50,975 nucleotides of DNA from Methanobacteriota archaeon (GTDB lineage: Archaea; Thermoplasmatota; Thermoplasmata; RBG-16-68-12), in NCBI GenBank assembly GCA_005878485.1, contig VBMG01000040.1, positions 1 through 50,975 on the forward strand, written 5' to 3'. This document shows positions 1 to 8,124 of the stretch, piece after piece. The notes below the pieces were generated by a model, which saw only the letters and a program-made list of their open reading frames with translations, ran no database searches and was not told the origin of the DNA. Within the stretch, counting starts at the first letter, position 1. The number at the start of each line of letters is the position of its first letter. The translations under genes were made by a program, and so were the position numbers.

Positions 1-26
1 CCGTTCGCACGGACGGAGGCTTGGCG

Positions 27-986
27 ATGAAGGCGACCGCGGTCGCCCATCCGATCCAGGGCCTGATCAAGTATCACGGCCTCGCGGATCCCGTCCTCCG
101 CCTCCCGTTTCACGACTCGATCAGCGTCTGCACGGCCCCGCTCACGAGCCGGACTACGATCGAGTTCGGGGACTTCTCGCGGGACAGCGCGACGATCGAC
201 GGACGGGACGTCACGGTGCGAGACATGGAGCGAATCCGGACCGTCGTCGATGCCATTCGAGCCCGCGCATCCATCAAAACGTCGTTCCGCATGGTGAGCG
301 TGAACGACTTCCCGTCGAACATCGGGTTGGGTGCCAGCGCCTCCGGGTTCGCGGCGCTCGCCTTGGCCGCGGCCCACGCCGCAGGCCTCCGGCTCACCCC
401 GGAAGAAATCTCCCGATTCGCCCGGCGGGGGGCGGGTTCCGCCACGCGATCCGTGACGGGCGGCTTCAGCAAGTGGAAGATGGGCCTGACGGACGAGGAC
501 TCGTACGCGGTCCAACTCGCGGGGGAGGATCTTCAACTGGCGATGATCGTCGCACTCGTCCCCGCCTTTAAGCAGACGGACGACGCGCACCGGGAGGTGC
601 TCACATCACCGTTCTTCCACGCTCGCCTCGCCGAGATGCCCCGCCTGATTGCTGAGATGGAACTCGCGATCCGGAAGCGGGACATCGGAGCGATCTGCGG
701 GCTCGCGGAGCGGGATACCCTCATGCTCCACGGGATCACGATGACGGGCACCGGCGAGATGGTCCTGTGGCAGCCGGACACCCTCCGCGTGATCCTCGCA
801 GTCCGCCGGATGCGGGAATCGGGAATCCCGGCGTTCTTCTCCATCGATACCGGCGCGACGGTCTATGTCAATACCATACCTGAACGGGCGGAAGACGTTC
901 GACGCGGGATCGAGGATCTGGGCATCCAGACCATGCCGTGTCACGTCGGGGGCCCGGCCCGACTCACGCAAGACCACCAATTCTGA
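27..986 (+). CDS. mvaD: Mevalonate-pathway decarboxylase, GHMP kinase superfamily; most like haloarchaeal-type phosphomevalonate decarboxylase
   Basis: N-terminus MKATAVAHPIQGLIKYHG; GHMP loop PSNIGLGASASGFAALA; ARRGAGSATRS; FSIDTGATVY. GGAGG RBS favours the ATG at 27 over the TTG at 21. Confidence 0.85.
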   Translation: MKATAVAHPIQGLIKYHGLADPVLRLPFHDSISVCTAPLTSRTTIEFGDFSRDSATIDGRDVTVRDMERIRTVVDAIRARASIKTSFRMVSVNDFPSNIGLGASASGFAALALAAAHAAGLRLTPEEISRFARRGAGSATRSVTGGFSKWKMGLTDEDSYAVQLAGEDLQLAMIVALVPAFKQTDDAHREVLTSPFFHARLAEMPRLIAEMELAIRKRDIGAICGLAERDTLMLHGITMTGTGEMVLWQPDTLRVILAVRRMRESGIPAFFSIDTGATVYVNTIPERAEDVRRGIEDLGIQTMPCHVGGPARLTQDHQF

Positions 987-1093
987 GGCGGCGCCACCCG
1001 ACACCGCGGCCTGTGCGACTCGTCAAAGTTCGCGAGGCACCGGGGCGACATTCAAATGGATTTATTTAAGTGTAGGAGGATATAATTCCGGCC

Positions 1094-2350
1094 TCACCAG
1101 GGAACCCGGAGCCGACCGATGGGTCCCGCGACGGCAATCGAACTTGCCGACGGCAGGAAGTATCTTCGCGCGAGGTTCCGGATGCGCTCCTCGGTCAGCT
1201 CGCCGACGATGTCCGCGTACCGCTCGAGGAAGTCCATCCCGAGCCCGTGGTACTCCATGCGGTGAAGTTCCCCGGCGACCTCGGCATTCCGCTCGAGGGA
1301 CACGACGAGAGAGCCGGTCTGATTCTCCTTCCCATCCCGGACCTCCTCCAAGGAGAAGGGCTCCGTCCGCAGGCGATCCATCTCCGCGCGGATCGATTCG
1401 ATCGCCTTCCCCAGATTCGAGGGGTTCACGCCCGCCGAGATCGTCCACATGCCGCCCGCGGTCCGCGCGTCGAGGTTCGAGAACGCGTAGTAGGCGAGGC
1501 CTTGTTCATCCCGGAGGTTCCTCCCGAGGCGGCCGTACAGGCCGATCCGCCCGAACAGGAGGTTCGCCAGGTTCAGCGCATAGTAGTCCTCGTGACGCCG
1601 GGGGACGCCCGGCGCGCCGATCACGATGTCAACCTGGGACTTGTGGGGCATCGGAATCCGGACGGACCCGGGTCGGTGGGGACGCGGGGGCGGGATCGCC
1701 TCGGCGCCGCCATCGCCGCGGAGGCGGGAGAGCGGCGTCGCAATTCCCTCGTCGATCAGGGCGCGATCGACGTCCCCCGTGACCGCGAGGATGAGCCCCT
1801 CCGGGCCGACGTGGGCCTCGTGGAACGAGACGATGTCCCCCCGCCGGACCCGTTGGACGCGGGATGGATCGCCTTTGGGCTCCCGGCCGTACGGATGGTC
1901 CTTCGGGAAGACGAGCCGGGACACCTCCCGGACGGCGCGGTGGTGCGTGTCGTCCGCTTCGATGCGGAGGTCGTTCTGCAGCTCCGCGCGGATCCGCTCG
2001 ACTTCCTTCGATGGGAACGCCGGCTCGGAGAGGCAATCGACGAGAATCCGGACCGTTTCCGCCGCCGTCTCGCGGGTACACCGCCCTTGGAAGGACAGGA
2101 CCTCGTCCCCGTTCCGGAACTCGAGGGTCGCGCCGATCCCCTCGAGGCGATCCGCGAGCTTCGCGGCGCCCATCCGGCGCGTCCCGCTCAGCAACAACCG
2201 CGACGTGAACTCGGCCAGGCCGAACTCGCTCCCCTCCGCCGCGACCCCGGCGGGCACCGTGCCCCGGAACGCGATGAACGGGTTCGAGGGCAGCGCGACC
2301 GACACGAGGATCGCGCCGTTCTCCAGGACGGTCCGGTCCGGGAGGTTCAC
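1094..2350 (-). CDS. M16B family peptidase, non-catalytic subunit
   Basis: Start reassigned to the GTG at 2350 (GTGA overlap with the upstream stop; GGAGG at 2358-2362). M16 signatures LENGAILV and LRDEQGLAYY (R/Y pair), but HXXEH is replaced by EFTSR. Confidence 0.85.
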   Translation of the reverse strand: MNLPDRTVLENGAILVSVALPSNPFIAFRGTVPAGVAAEGSEFGLAEFTSRLLLSGTRRMGAAKLADRLEGIGATLEFRNGDEVLSFQGRCTRETAAETVRILVDCLSEPAFPSKEVERIRAELQNDLRIEADDTHHRAVREVSRLVFPKDHPYGREPKGDPSRVQRVRRGDIVSFHEAHVGPEGLILAVTGDVDRALIDEGIATPLSRLRGDGGAEAIPPPRPHRPGSVRIPMPHKSQVDIVIGAPGVPRRHEDYYALNLANLLFGRIGLYGRLGRNLRDEQGLAYYAFSNLDARTAGGMWTISAGVNPSNLGKAIESIRAEMDRLRTEPFSLEEVRDGKENQTGSLVVSLERNAEVAGELHRMEYHGLGMDFLERYADIVGELTEERIRNLARRYFLPSASSIAVAGPIGRLRVPW

Positions 2351-3627
2351 CCGGGGACCTCCTGCGCATGGAATCGGACGACGGTCCGGTGCTCCTCGAC
2401 GAGATACCGGCGGGCGGCCGCGCGGACCTGCTCCGGCCGGACTTTCTCGACCTTCGCGAGGAGCGCCTCCGCGAAGTCCCACGCGCCGAGGCCTTCGCCC
2501 GCGCTGAGCAACATGCCTTGGAACGTGACGCCGTCTTGCTCGTACCGCGCCCAGGCGCGGACCTGTTGGTGGGCCCGAGCGAGTTCCGACTTCGGCGGGG
2601 GCGCCCGTTTCAGCTTCTCGATTTCCCGGTCGAGCACGGCCTCGACACGGTCCAGAGAGGCGCCGGGCGCCAGCGTCGCGTTCGCGATGAGCAAGGAGGG
2701 GTCCAGCTTCGACTCGAGGCGGACGCCGACGTCCGTCGCGAGCTTCGCCTCGACGAGGGCCCGATACAGTCGGTTCGATCGGGGCCGCCAGTCTCCCGCC
2801 GCGAACGGGACGAATCCCCGCCACCCTCCGAGGACGGTCGACAGGAGGACGAGCGCGGGCGTGTCCTCGTGGGCCGCGCCGGGGATGTGCCAGCCGACCG
2901 AGAGGAGGTCCGCGGGACCGGGACGTTCGAGGTCGCTCCGCCGCTCGCCGCGTTGCTCCGGCTCCGCGAGGCGAAGGGGGTCCGGCGGCGCCTCCGGCTG
3001 CAGGCGGCCGAACGCCTCGCGGATGTGCTGCATCGCGACGGCCACGTCGAACCCGCCGACGAGGATCAGGGACGCGTTGTTCGGGGCGTAGAACCGGAGG
3101 TAGTGGCGGTACAGCGGGTCGCGGGCGAGGGTCGCGAGGTCCTGCTTATACCCGATCGCCGTCCAATGGTACGGGTGGACGTGGAACGCGAGCCCCCACA
3201 GCTCCTCCTCGACCGCGAAGTCGGGCTGGTTCTCCGCGCCTTCCCGTTCGCTGATCACGACCGTGCGTTCCGCCTCGACCTCTTTCGGGTCGAACGCCGC
3301 GTTGCGCATCCGCTCCGACTCGATCATCAGGGCCGTGTCCAGCGCGGTCGCGGGGATCGTCTCGAAGTACATCGTGTAGTCCGTGTCGGTGAAGGCGTTC
3401 ATCTTGCCGCCGAGGCGGGAGATCAGCTTGTCGATGTCCCCCTTCGCGAGCTTGCCGCCGCCCTTGAACAGCATGTGCTCGACCCAATGGGTGGAGCCGG
3501 TCATGCCGGGGACCTCGTTCCGCGAGCCGATCCGGTAGACGACCCACGTGGACAGGGCCTTCGTGTCCGGGATCGGCCGGAGGATCACCTTCAGGCCGTT
3601 GCCCAGGGTCTCCACGTGGGTGGGCAT
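2347..3627 (-). CDS. M16B family zinc peptidase, catalytic subunit
   Basis: Inverted zinc motif HWVEH, plus NAFTDTDYT and ERTVVISE. Start reassigned to the ATG at 3627, with TTGATAT about 30 nt upstream. Confidence 0.9.
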   Translation of the reverse strand: MPTHVETLGNGLKVILRPIPDTKALSTWVVYRIGSRNEVPGMTGSTHWVEHMLFKGGGKLAKGDIDKLISRLGGKMNAFTDTDYTMYFETIPATALDTALMIESERMRNAAFDPKEVEAERTVVISEREGAENQPDFAVEEELWGLAFHVHPYHWTAIGYKQDLATLARDPLYRHYLRFYAPNNASLILVGGFDVAVAMQHIREAFGRLQPEAPPDPLRLAEPEQRGERRSDLERPGPADLLSVGWHIPGAAHEDTPALVLLSTVLGGWRGFVPFAAGDWRPRSNRLYRALVEAKLATDVGVRLESKLDPSLLIANATLAPGASLDRVEAVLDREIEKLKRAPPPKSELARAHQQVRAWARYEQDGVTFQGMLLSAGEGLGAWDFAEALLAKVEKVRPEQVRAAARRYLVEEHRTVVRFHAQEVPG

Positions 3628-3737
3628 CTGAGGCGCGGGAACGCGGGCGCGCGATATCAAGTTGCCCGACGCGAACGGAGACGGAAATTCGCCGAGAGGC
3701 TTGCGCATTTATGGGGGACCCGCCGAAACTGTGGTAC

Positions 3738-4676
3738 TCAATTGGAAATGGCCGGGGGACCTTTTGCATTCAGCGCCTTCATTCGTTGGCGAAGGTTCTC
3801 CCGGAACGCTATCACTTTGCGGGGATGGCGCGCAAATTCGCTCGCTGCCCGACCCTGGCGAGTGGCCTTCTTGTGGTCGACCAACGCCAGCATGACCATC
3901 GCGTGACGCCGCTTCACAATAAGATACGGCAGGACCGACAAGAGAAGACGTTCGACCATGCCATCACTCCAAATCAGTTGGTAGGCGTGCCGCCATCCAA
4001 CTCTTGCTGAGGGCTGGTTTGTCATGATTCCTCCAAACCGCCCGCGAATCTCTTCCAGCACGGGCTTGTCGGTGTTCCCGATTGATATTCTTGCACGGTA
4101 CTGAGAGTTACCGTTTGAATCGGTAGACTTTGGAATCATCAAACAACCCTCCGCATCGATGAACCCGGCGAGGTATTTTGATAAGCGCCGCCTCCTGTCT
4201 AGGCGCGCGTTGGGGGACGTGCCACTTCCACGCACAGCCTTGCCCTTCATATTCAACCGGGCTAGACGGTTGTGGAATCGCGCTCGGAATTCCAGTTCTG
4301 CCTCGGACAGAGGAAGGAGGTGACCGCCCGAGTCCCGACTCCGACGGCAAGCTTGGAGGTGTGCATTGAATTCGAGCAGCGCCACGGCTTGTTTCGACTT
4401 CACGCGCAAGTGGCGAACCAGCATCTTCAGCAACTTGGCAGCGGCAGCATTCGTCCAGATCAGCGCGTAGCTCGGTTTCCACGCCGGACGCCTCTGTCCA
4501 ACCGCAGAGAGGGAGCCGCCCCACCTACGCCGAATGGAGACCAGGACGCGACGATCCGTGTTATAGGCGCACAACCGCAGGCAATATTCGGGTGAACGGC
4601 GCCTCCGACGAATCCGCGCCAGTGCCAGGTAGCCTTCGCCGTCCATGAAACCGGCGAGGTACTCGATCGAAACCAA
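3738..4676 (-). mobile_element. Free-standing LAGLIDADG homing endonuclease gene, two tandem domains
   Basis: Two motifs, YLAGFMDGEG and YLAGFIDAEG. Each is followed by NTD...L...(W/F)GG and ends in a similar C-terminal helix (RLARLNMKG / RMKALNAKG). No intein splice residues or host gene visible. Confidence 0.85.
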
Positions 4677-4732
4677 CTACAATACACGGAGTGGAGGGGT
4701 AACTAGCTTCGGGCGAGGGATAGGTGAAAGTG

Positions 4733-4909
4733 CTATGCCCGTCGATCTCCTCCCTGACCCTTCTGGGCTTTAAATTTGGCACTTTCCAGGTCGAGCTCGA
4801 AATCTTCTTCCTTGACTTCGCCAGGGGTGAAGACCTTGCCGGCTTCAAATTCGAGCTTCTTTTCCTGCTTCTTTCGCTTCTTCGGCCGTTCCTCAACTTG
4901 CTGTTGCAT
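4733..4909 (-). CDS. 58-aa Pup/UBact-like small modifier candidate
   Basis: ATG at 4909 overlaps the end of the ligase gene, with GGAGG at 4916-4920. Highly charged, low-complexity peptide MQQQVEERPKKRKKQEKK...EEDFELDLESAKFKAQKGQGGDRRA. QKGQGG resembles the Pup terminus QKGG(Q/E). Confidence 0.65.
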   Translation of the reverse strand: MQQQVEERPKKRKKQEKKLEFEAGKVFTPGEVKEEDFELDLESAKFKAQKGQGGDRRA

Positions 4910-6188
4910 AGGGTGCCTCCAGTTTTGTGGCATAGGGATCTAGGAGATCGATACGCCTCCGCGTTCCGTCGTTCACGATCAATACTGACCAATCGATCAT
5001 CTCGATATTGAAGGTGTCGCACAGCTCCCGACGAAGGTGTGCTCGGCTGTCATCGGGCGGCTCCTGAATCGCACGCTTGATCGCCTCGTCGTCCGTGATC
5101 CGGTCGAGCAGCCCGGCGCGCTGCCGCTTGTAGAACAAGGATCGATCCATCCCGATTTCCGAGTACTGCTTGCAGGCCATCATCTCGACGTCGGGCCCGG
5201 CCTTCTTCTCGAGCGCCTCTTGGATCGCGTAGTACCGGTCGAGCCACTCGACCCGACGTGCCGCGTCCTTCGATCGGCGGCCTTCGAGGTCGTCCAGGAC
5301 CTCCTCGAGCGTGCGCAGCGCCCGGTGTTCCCACTCGTCCTCGACGAGGGTCTCGATCTTCTCGAGGTAGTACCGCTGCACGTCGATCGGAGAGACGATA
5401 GACCCGTCCTCGAGCTCGACCTTCCACTGCTCGGGATTCCGGATCTCCACGTTGCGCCAGACGTCCTTCACGGGATCCTTGATCCGCGGCACGTCGGCGA
5501 GGGCGTCGGCCTCCATGAGCCGCAGGATCGCGGACGTCGTGAAGTGTCGGAGCATGATCGCGGTCTCGTTCATCAGGGCGTCCCCGACGATCACGTGGAG
5601 GCGGCGCCAGAGGCGTCCGTCCGCGTGCGGCTCGTCCCGCGTGTTCAACAAGCCGGTATCGTGCATCGTCTCCCCGCTGATGACCTGCGACGTGAGGAAG
5701 GCCATCGGCGACAGGACGTACTTCCCGCGGACGATGTCCCCCGCCCCCGTATACACGAACCGCGTCGCGAGGTGCGGCACGAGTTCGCGGATGAACCGGG
5801 CCGGGAACGCGACGTCCCGGGACACGCAGTAGTTCTCGTGGGACCCGTACGATGTGCCGTCCGGGGAGGTGTTGTTCTTGAACGCGTGGATCTTCGTCTC
5901 CCCGGTGTACTTCTCCTCCATGATCCGTCGGAGCCAGTCGAGGATCTTCTCCCCGGCCTTCTCCCAGATCACGACATCGTGAAAGTTCGTCGTCTCCGCG
6001 GTGCTGACCTCGAAATGCCCGACGTCGTAGTAGACGCGCGAGCCGTTCGTGATGAACTCGCCGGCGAGGTGCAGGTCGGAGTCCCGCAGGAGGTCGAGCG
6101 CCATCATGTGCGGATCGAACCCCATCGTGCCCATCTTGCGGCAGTACAGCGTGTACTCGTGCTCGGTCCCCTGGACCATCTTCTTCAT
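4893..6188 (-). CDS. pafA: Pup-ligase/Dop superfamily protein, PafA-like
   Basis: Motifs GTEHEY, FITNGSRVYYDVGHFEVSTAE, FKNNTSPDGTSYGSHENY, NTRDEPHAD..WRRLHVIVGD, PPDDSRAHLR, IDWS and DPY align with actinobacterial PafA. No Dop-loop insertion and no DHAHPE motif. Confidence 0.88.
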   Translation of the reverse strand: MKKMVQGTEHEYTLYCRKMGTMGFDPHMMALDLLRDSDLHLAGEFITNGSRVYYDVGHFEVSTAETTNFHDVVIWEKAGEKILDWLRRIMEEKYTGETKIHAFKNNTSPDGTSYGSHENYCVSRDVAFPARFIRELVPHLATRFVYTGAGDIVRGKYVLSPMAFLTSQVISGETMHDTGLLNTRDEPHADGRLWRRLHVIVGDALMNETAIMLRHFTTSAILRLMEADALADVPRIKDPVKDVWRNVEIRNPEQWKVELEDGSIVSPIDVQRYYLEKIETLVEDEWEHRALRTLEEVLDDLEGRRSKDAARRVEWLDRYYAIQEALEKKAGPDVEMMACKQYSEIGMDRSLFYKRQRAGLLDRITDDEAIKRAIQEPPDDSRAHLRRELCDTFNIEMIDWSVLIVNDGTRRRIDLLDPYATKLEAPYATAS

Positions 6189-6191
6189 GCG

Positions 6192-7751
6192 TCACCCGAC
6201 CATCGGGTCCGCACCGGTCCGGAAGACCTCCCGCTGGCGCTTCTCGTAGACGTACATCTCCGTGATCGCGTGCTCCTTACTCTCCTCGTCGATCGCCATC
6301 TCGAGGTCCTTGAGGGTGAGGCCCTCCTTCTTCCGGTCGGCCTTCTTGAGGGCGATGACCCGCTTCACGAAGTTCTTCTTCGCGGTCGTGACGATCGCCT
6401 CGATGATCGCGCCGGAGATGATGTCCTTCCGCTTCACGGTCTTGATCGCCTCTTTTGCTTCCGTGTCGAGCTTGACCTTGACCCACTTGTTTTCGCCGTA
6501 CAGCTCATCGAGCACGTACCGGCGGAGCGCCTCGATCGCTTCCTTGTGCCCACCGTACGTCTCTTCGAGGCTCGCGGCCGCAGGGAGGTCCTCGCTCAGG
6601 TAGATGCGGAGGACCTCCTCCGCCGCCTTCCGGTCCGGGCGCGGGATGTCGATGATTTCGTCGAACCGGCCGGGTCGGAGCAGCGCCGGGTCCACGAGGT
6701 CCGCCCGGTTCGTCGCCCCGATCACGAAGACATCGTGCAGTTCGACGAGTCCGTCCATCTCGCTGAGGATCTGGGCGATGATGTTCTTGTGGACGCCGGA
6801 CGTGTCCATCATGCCGCGGACCGTGAAGAGGGCCTCGATCTCATCGAAGAACACGATGCTCGGCTTCTTCTCGTGCGCCTGGCGGAAGATCTCCTTGATG
6901 ATCCGCTCGCTCTCCCCGACCCACTTCGACAGGACGTCCGCGATGCTGACGTTGAAGAACGTCATGTCGTTCTCCGTCGCGATCGCTTTCACGAGCAACG
7001 TCTTCCCACACCCGGGCGGGCCGTACAAGAGGATGCCGCGCGGCGCCTCGAGGGAGATCTGTTGGAACAGTTTCGCCTCTTGGTACGGGAGCACGACGAC
7101 GTCCTTGATCCGCTCGATCGCCTCCGCGAGCCCCCCGATCTGCGCGTACTTCACGTTCGGCTTCTCCCCCAGGAGGAGCGACTTGACCTCGAGGTTCGGG
7201 AGGACATCGAGCACCTCCATCGTCGGCGGGAGGACGCCGATCTGGAATCCGGGCTTCAGCTTCTTGTAGACGTTCTTGTCGCAATCGATCAGGCGTTTCT
7301 CCATGTCCCCTTCGACCGAGATGACGAGCTTGCCGTCCAGCATGTCGACGACTTTCGCGATGACGCCTTCGTTCCGGACCGCGCTGCCCTCGACGATCGC
7401 GTACGTCTGCGGGTGGACCCAGACGTACTGGCCTACGCCGAGCTGGGACTTGTCCACGAGCCCGGTTGAGACCTTCAGCAGTTCCGTCGCCCGCGCCACG
7501 ACCACTTGGTTTCCGTCGAGGTCGGGCCCCTCCTTGCGAACGACGTACGCGTAGAGGAGCGGAGGCTGTTTGATCTTGTTGAACTTGTCCTCGTAGGCCT
7601 TCAGCCGGTACTCCCGCTCCTCAATTTCGTACCGGAACGAGTGCAGGTCCCGTTCGTACTGGCGACGGAGCCGGTCCATCTTCTCTTCGAACTCGTCCCG
7701 AACTTCTTCCGCCGACTTGGACACCTTCCCGTCGCTTTCGTCGCTTACCAT
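6192..7751 (-). CDS. arc: ARC/Mpa-type proteasomal AAA+ ATPase
   Basis: Start reassigned to the ATG at 7751 (GGTGA at 7759-7763). N-terminal coiled coil, then QPP and an OB-like interdomain. Walker A GPPGCGKT, Walker B IVFFDE, SRH DPALLRPGRFD. ARC-like C-region KDIISGAIIEAIVTTAKKNFVKR. Confidence 0.85.
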   Translation of the reverse strand: MVSDESDGKVSKSAEEVRDEFEEKMDRLRRQYERDLHSFRYEIEEREYRLKAYEDKFNKIKQPPLLYAYVVRKEGPDLDGNQVVVARATELLKVSTGLVDKSQLGVGQYVWVHPQTYAIVEGSAVRNEGVIAKVVDMLDGKLVISVEGDMEKRLIDCDKNVYKKLKPGFQIGVLPPTMEVLDVLPNLEVKSLLLGEKPNVKYAQIGGLAEAIERIKDVVVLPYQEAKLFQQISLEAPRGILLYGPPGCGKTLLVKAIATENDMTFFNVSIADVLSKWVGESERIIKEIFRQAHEKKPSIVFFDEIEALFTVRGMMDTSGVHKNIIAQILSEMDGLVELHDVFVIGATNRADLVDPALLRPGRFDEIIDIPRPDRKAAEEVLRIYLSEDLPAAASLEETYGGHKEAIEALRRYVLDELYGENKWVKVKLDTEAKEAIKTVKRKDIISGAIIEAIVTTAKKNFVKRVIALKKADRKKEGLTLKDLEMAIDEESKEHAITEMYVYEKRQREVFRTGADPMVG

Positions 7752-7875
7752 TTGTGAATCACCGCGCGCGTCCGCCCACGGTTCGACCGGAACTCGAGGG
7801 CATCCGCTCTGTGGACGCGTGTCTGTGGAACAAGAGACTGCCTCGTCCCATCCCTTGTTAGAAAGTGGCATCCCG

Positions 7876-7888
7876 AATTAAAGCTTTT
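7876..7888 (-). promoter_or_regulatory. Putative BRE/TATA promoter of the arc-pafA-pup-like operon
   Basis: AAAAGCTTTAATT on the minus strand, an AT-rich island about 125 nt upstream of the ATG at 7751. Confidence 0.55.
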
Positions 7889-8124
7889 GTTATCGGTATT
7901 AGAGATGCGACAATCCCGCTCTCTCCTCCCGTACACGTTCGTTGCAAACATCGTTCGAGCGTCAGGACGATCCACGTGTGCGCGGAGTCTTGTTGTAGCG
8001 AACGACCGGTATGCCCGCGGGCTCGCGCGGAGTAGAACACACTTCGGACCCTTCGCGGTCGCGGCACGGCCGATGGTCCAAACCGGGTAACGCCTCCGTG
8101 CGACCCATGGAAAGCCGAAAGCGG

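Noticed and set aside
1050..1093. AT-rich patch with TATA-like and AGGAGG sequences between convergent genes
   Set aside because: No suitable start codon or credible ORF follows; more likely a termination region.
4700..4735. Amber read-through extending the Pup-like peptide
   Set aside because: Read-through gives HFHLSLARS then another TAG, with no G(E/Q) terminus; TAG is a normal stop for several genes here.
4893..6188. Dop (depupylase/deamidase) call
   Set aside because: Lacks the Dop loop and DHAHPE; DVGH and the C-terminal IDWS...DPY resemble PafA. Bifunctionality cannot be excluded.
1247..7469. Long + strand ORFs (614, 512 and 810 aa) opposite the peptidase, ligase and ATPase genes
   Set aside because: Antisense shadow ORFs typical of high-GC DNA; no motifs, and the minus-strand genes are well supported.
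6192..7751. Ordinary archaeal PAN or Cdc48
   Set aside because: Single AAA module with ARC-like features (IVFFDE, C-domain insertion, SGAIIEAIV..AKK) and coupling to a Pup ligase.
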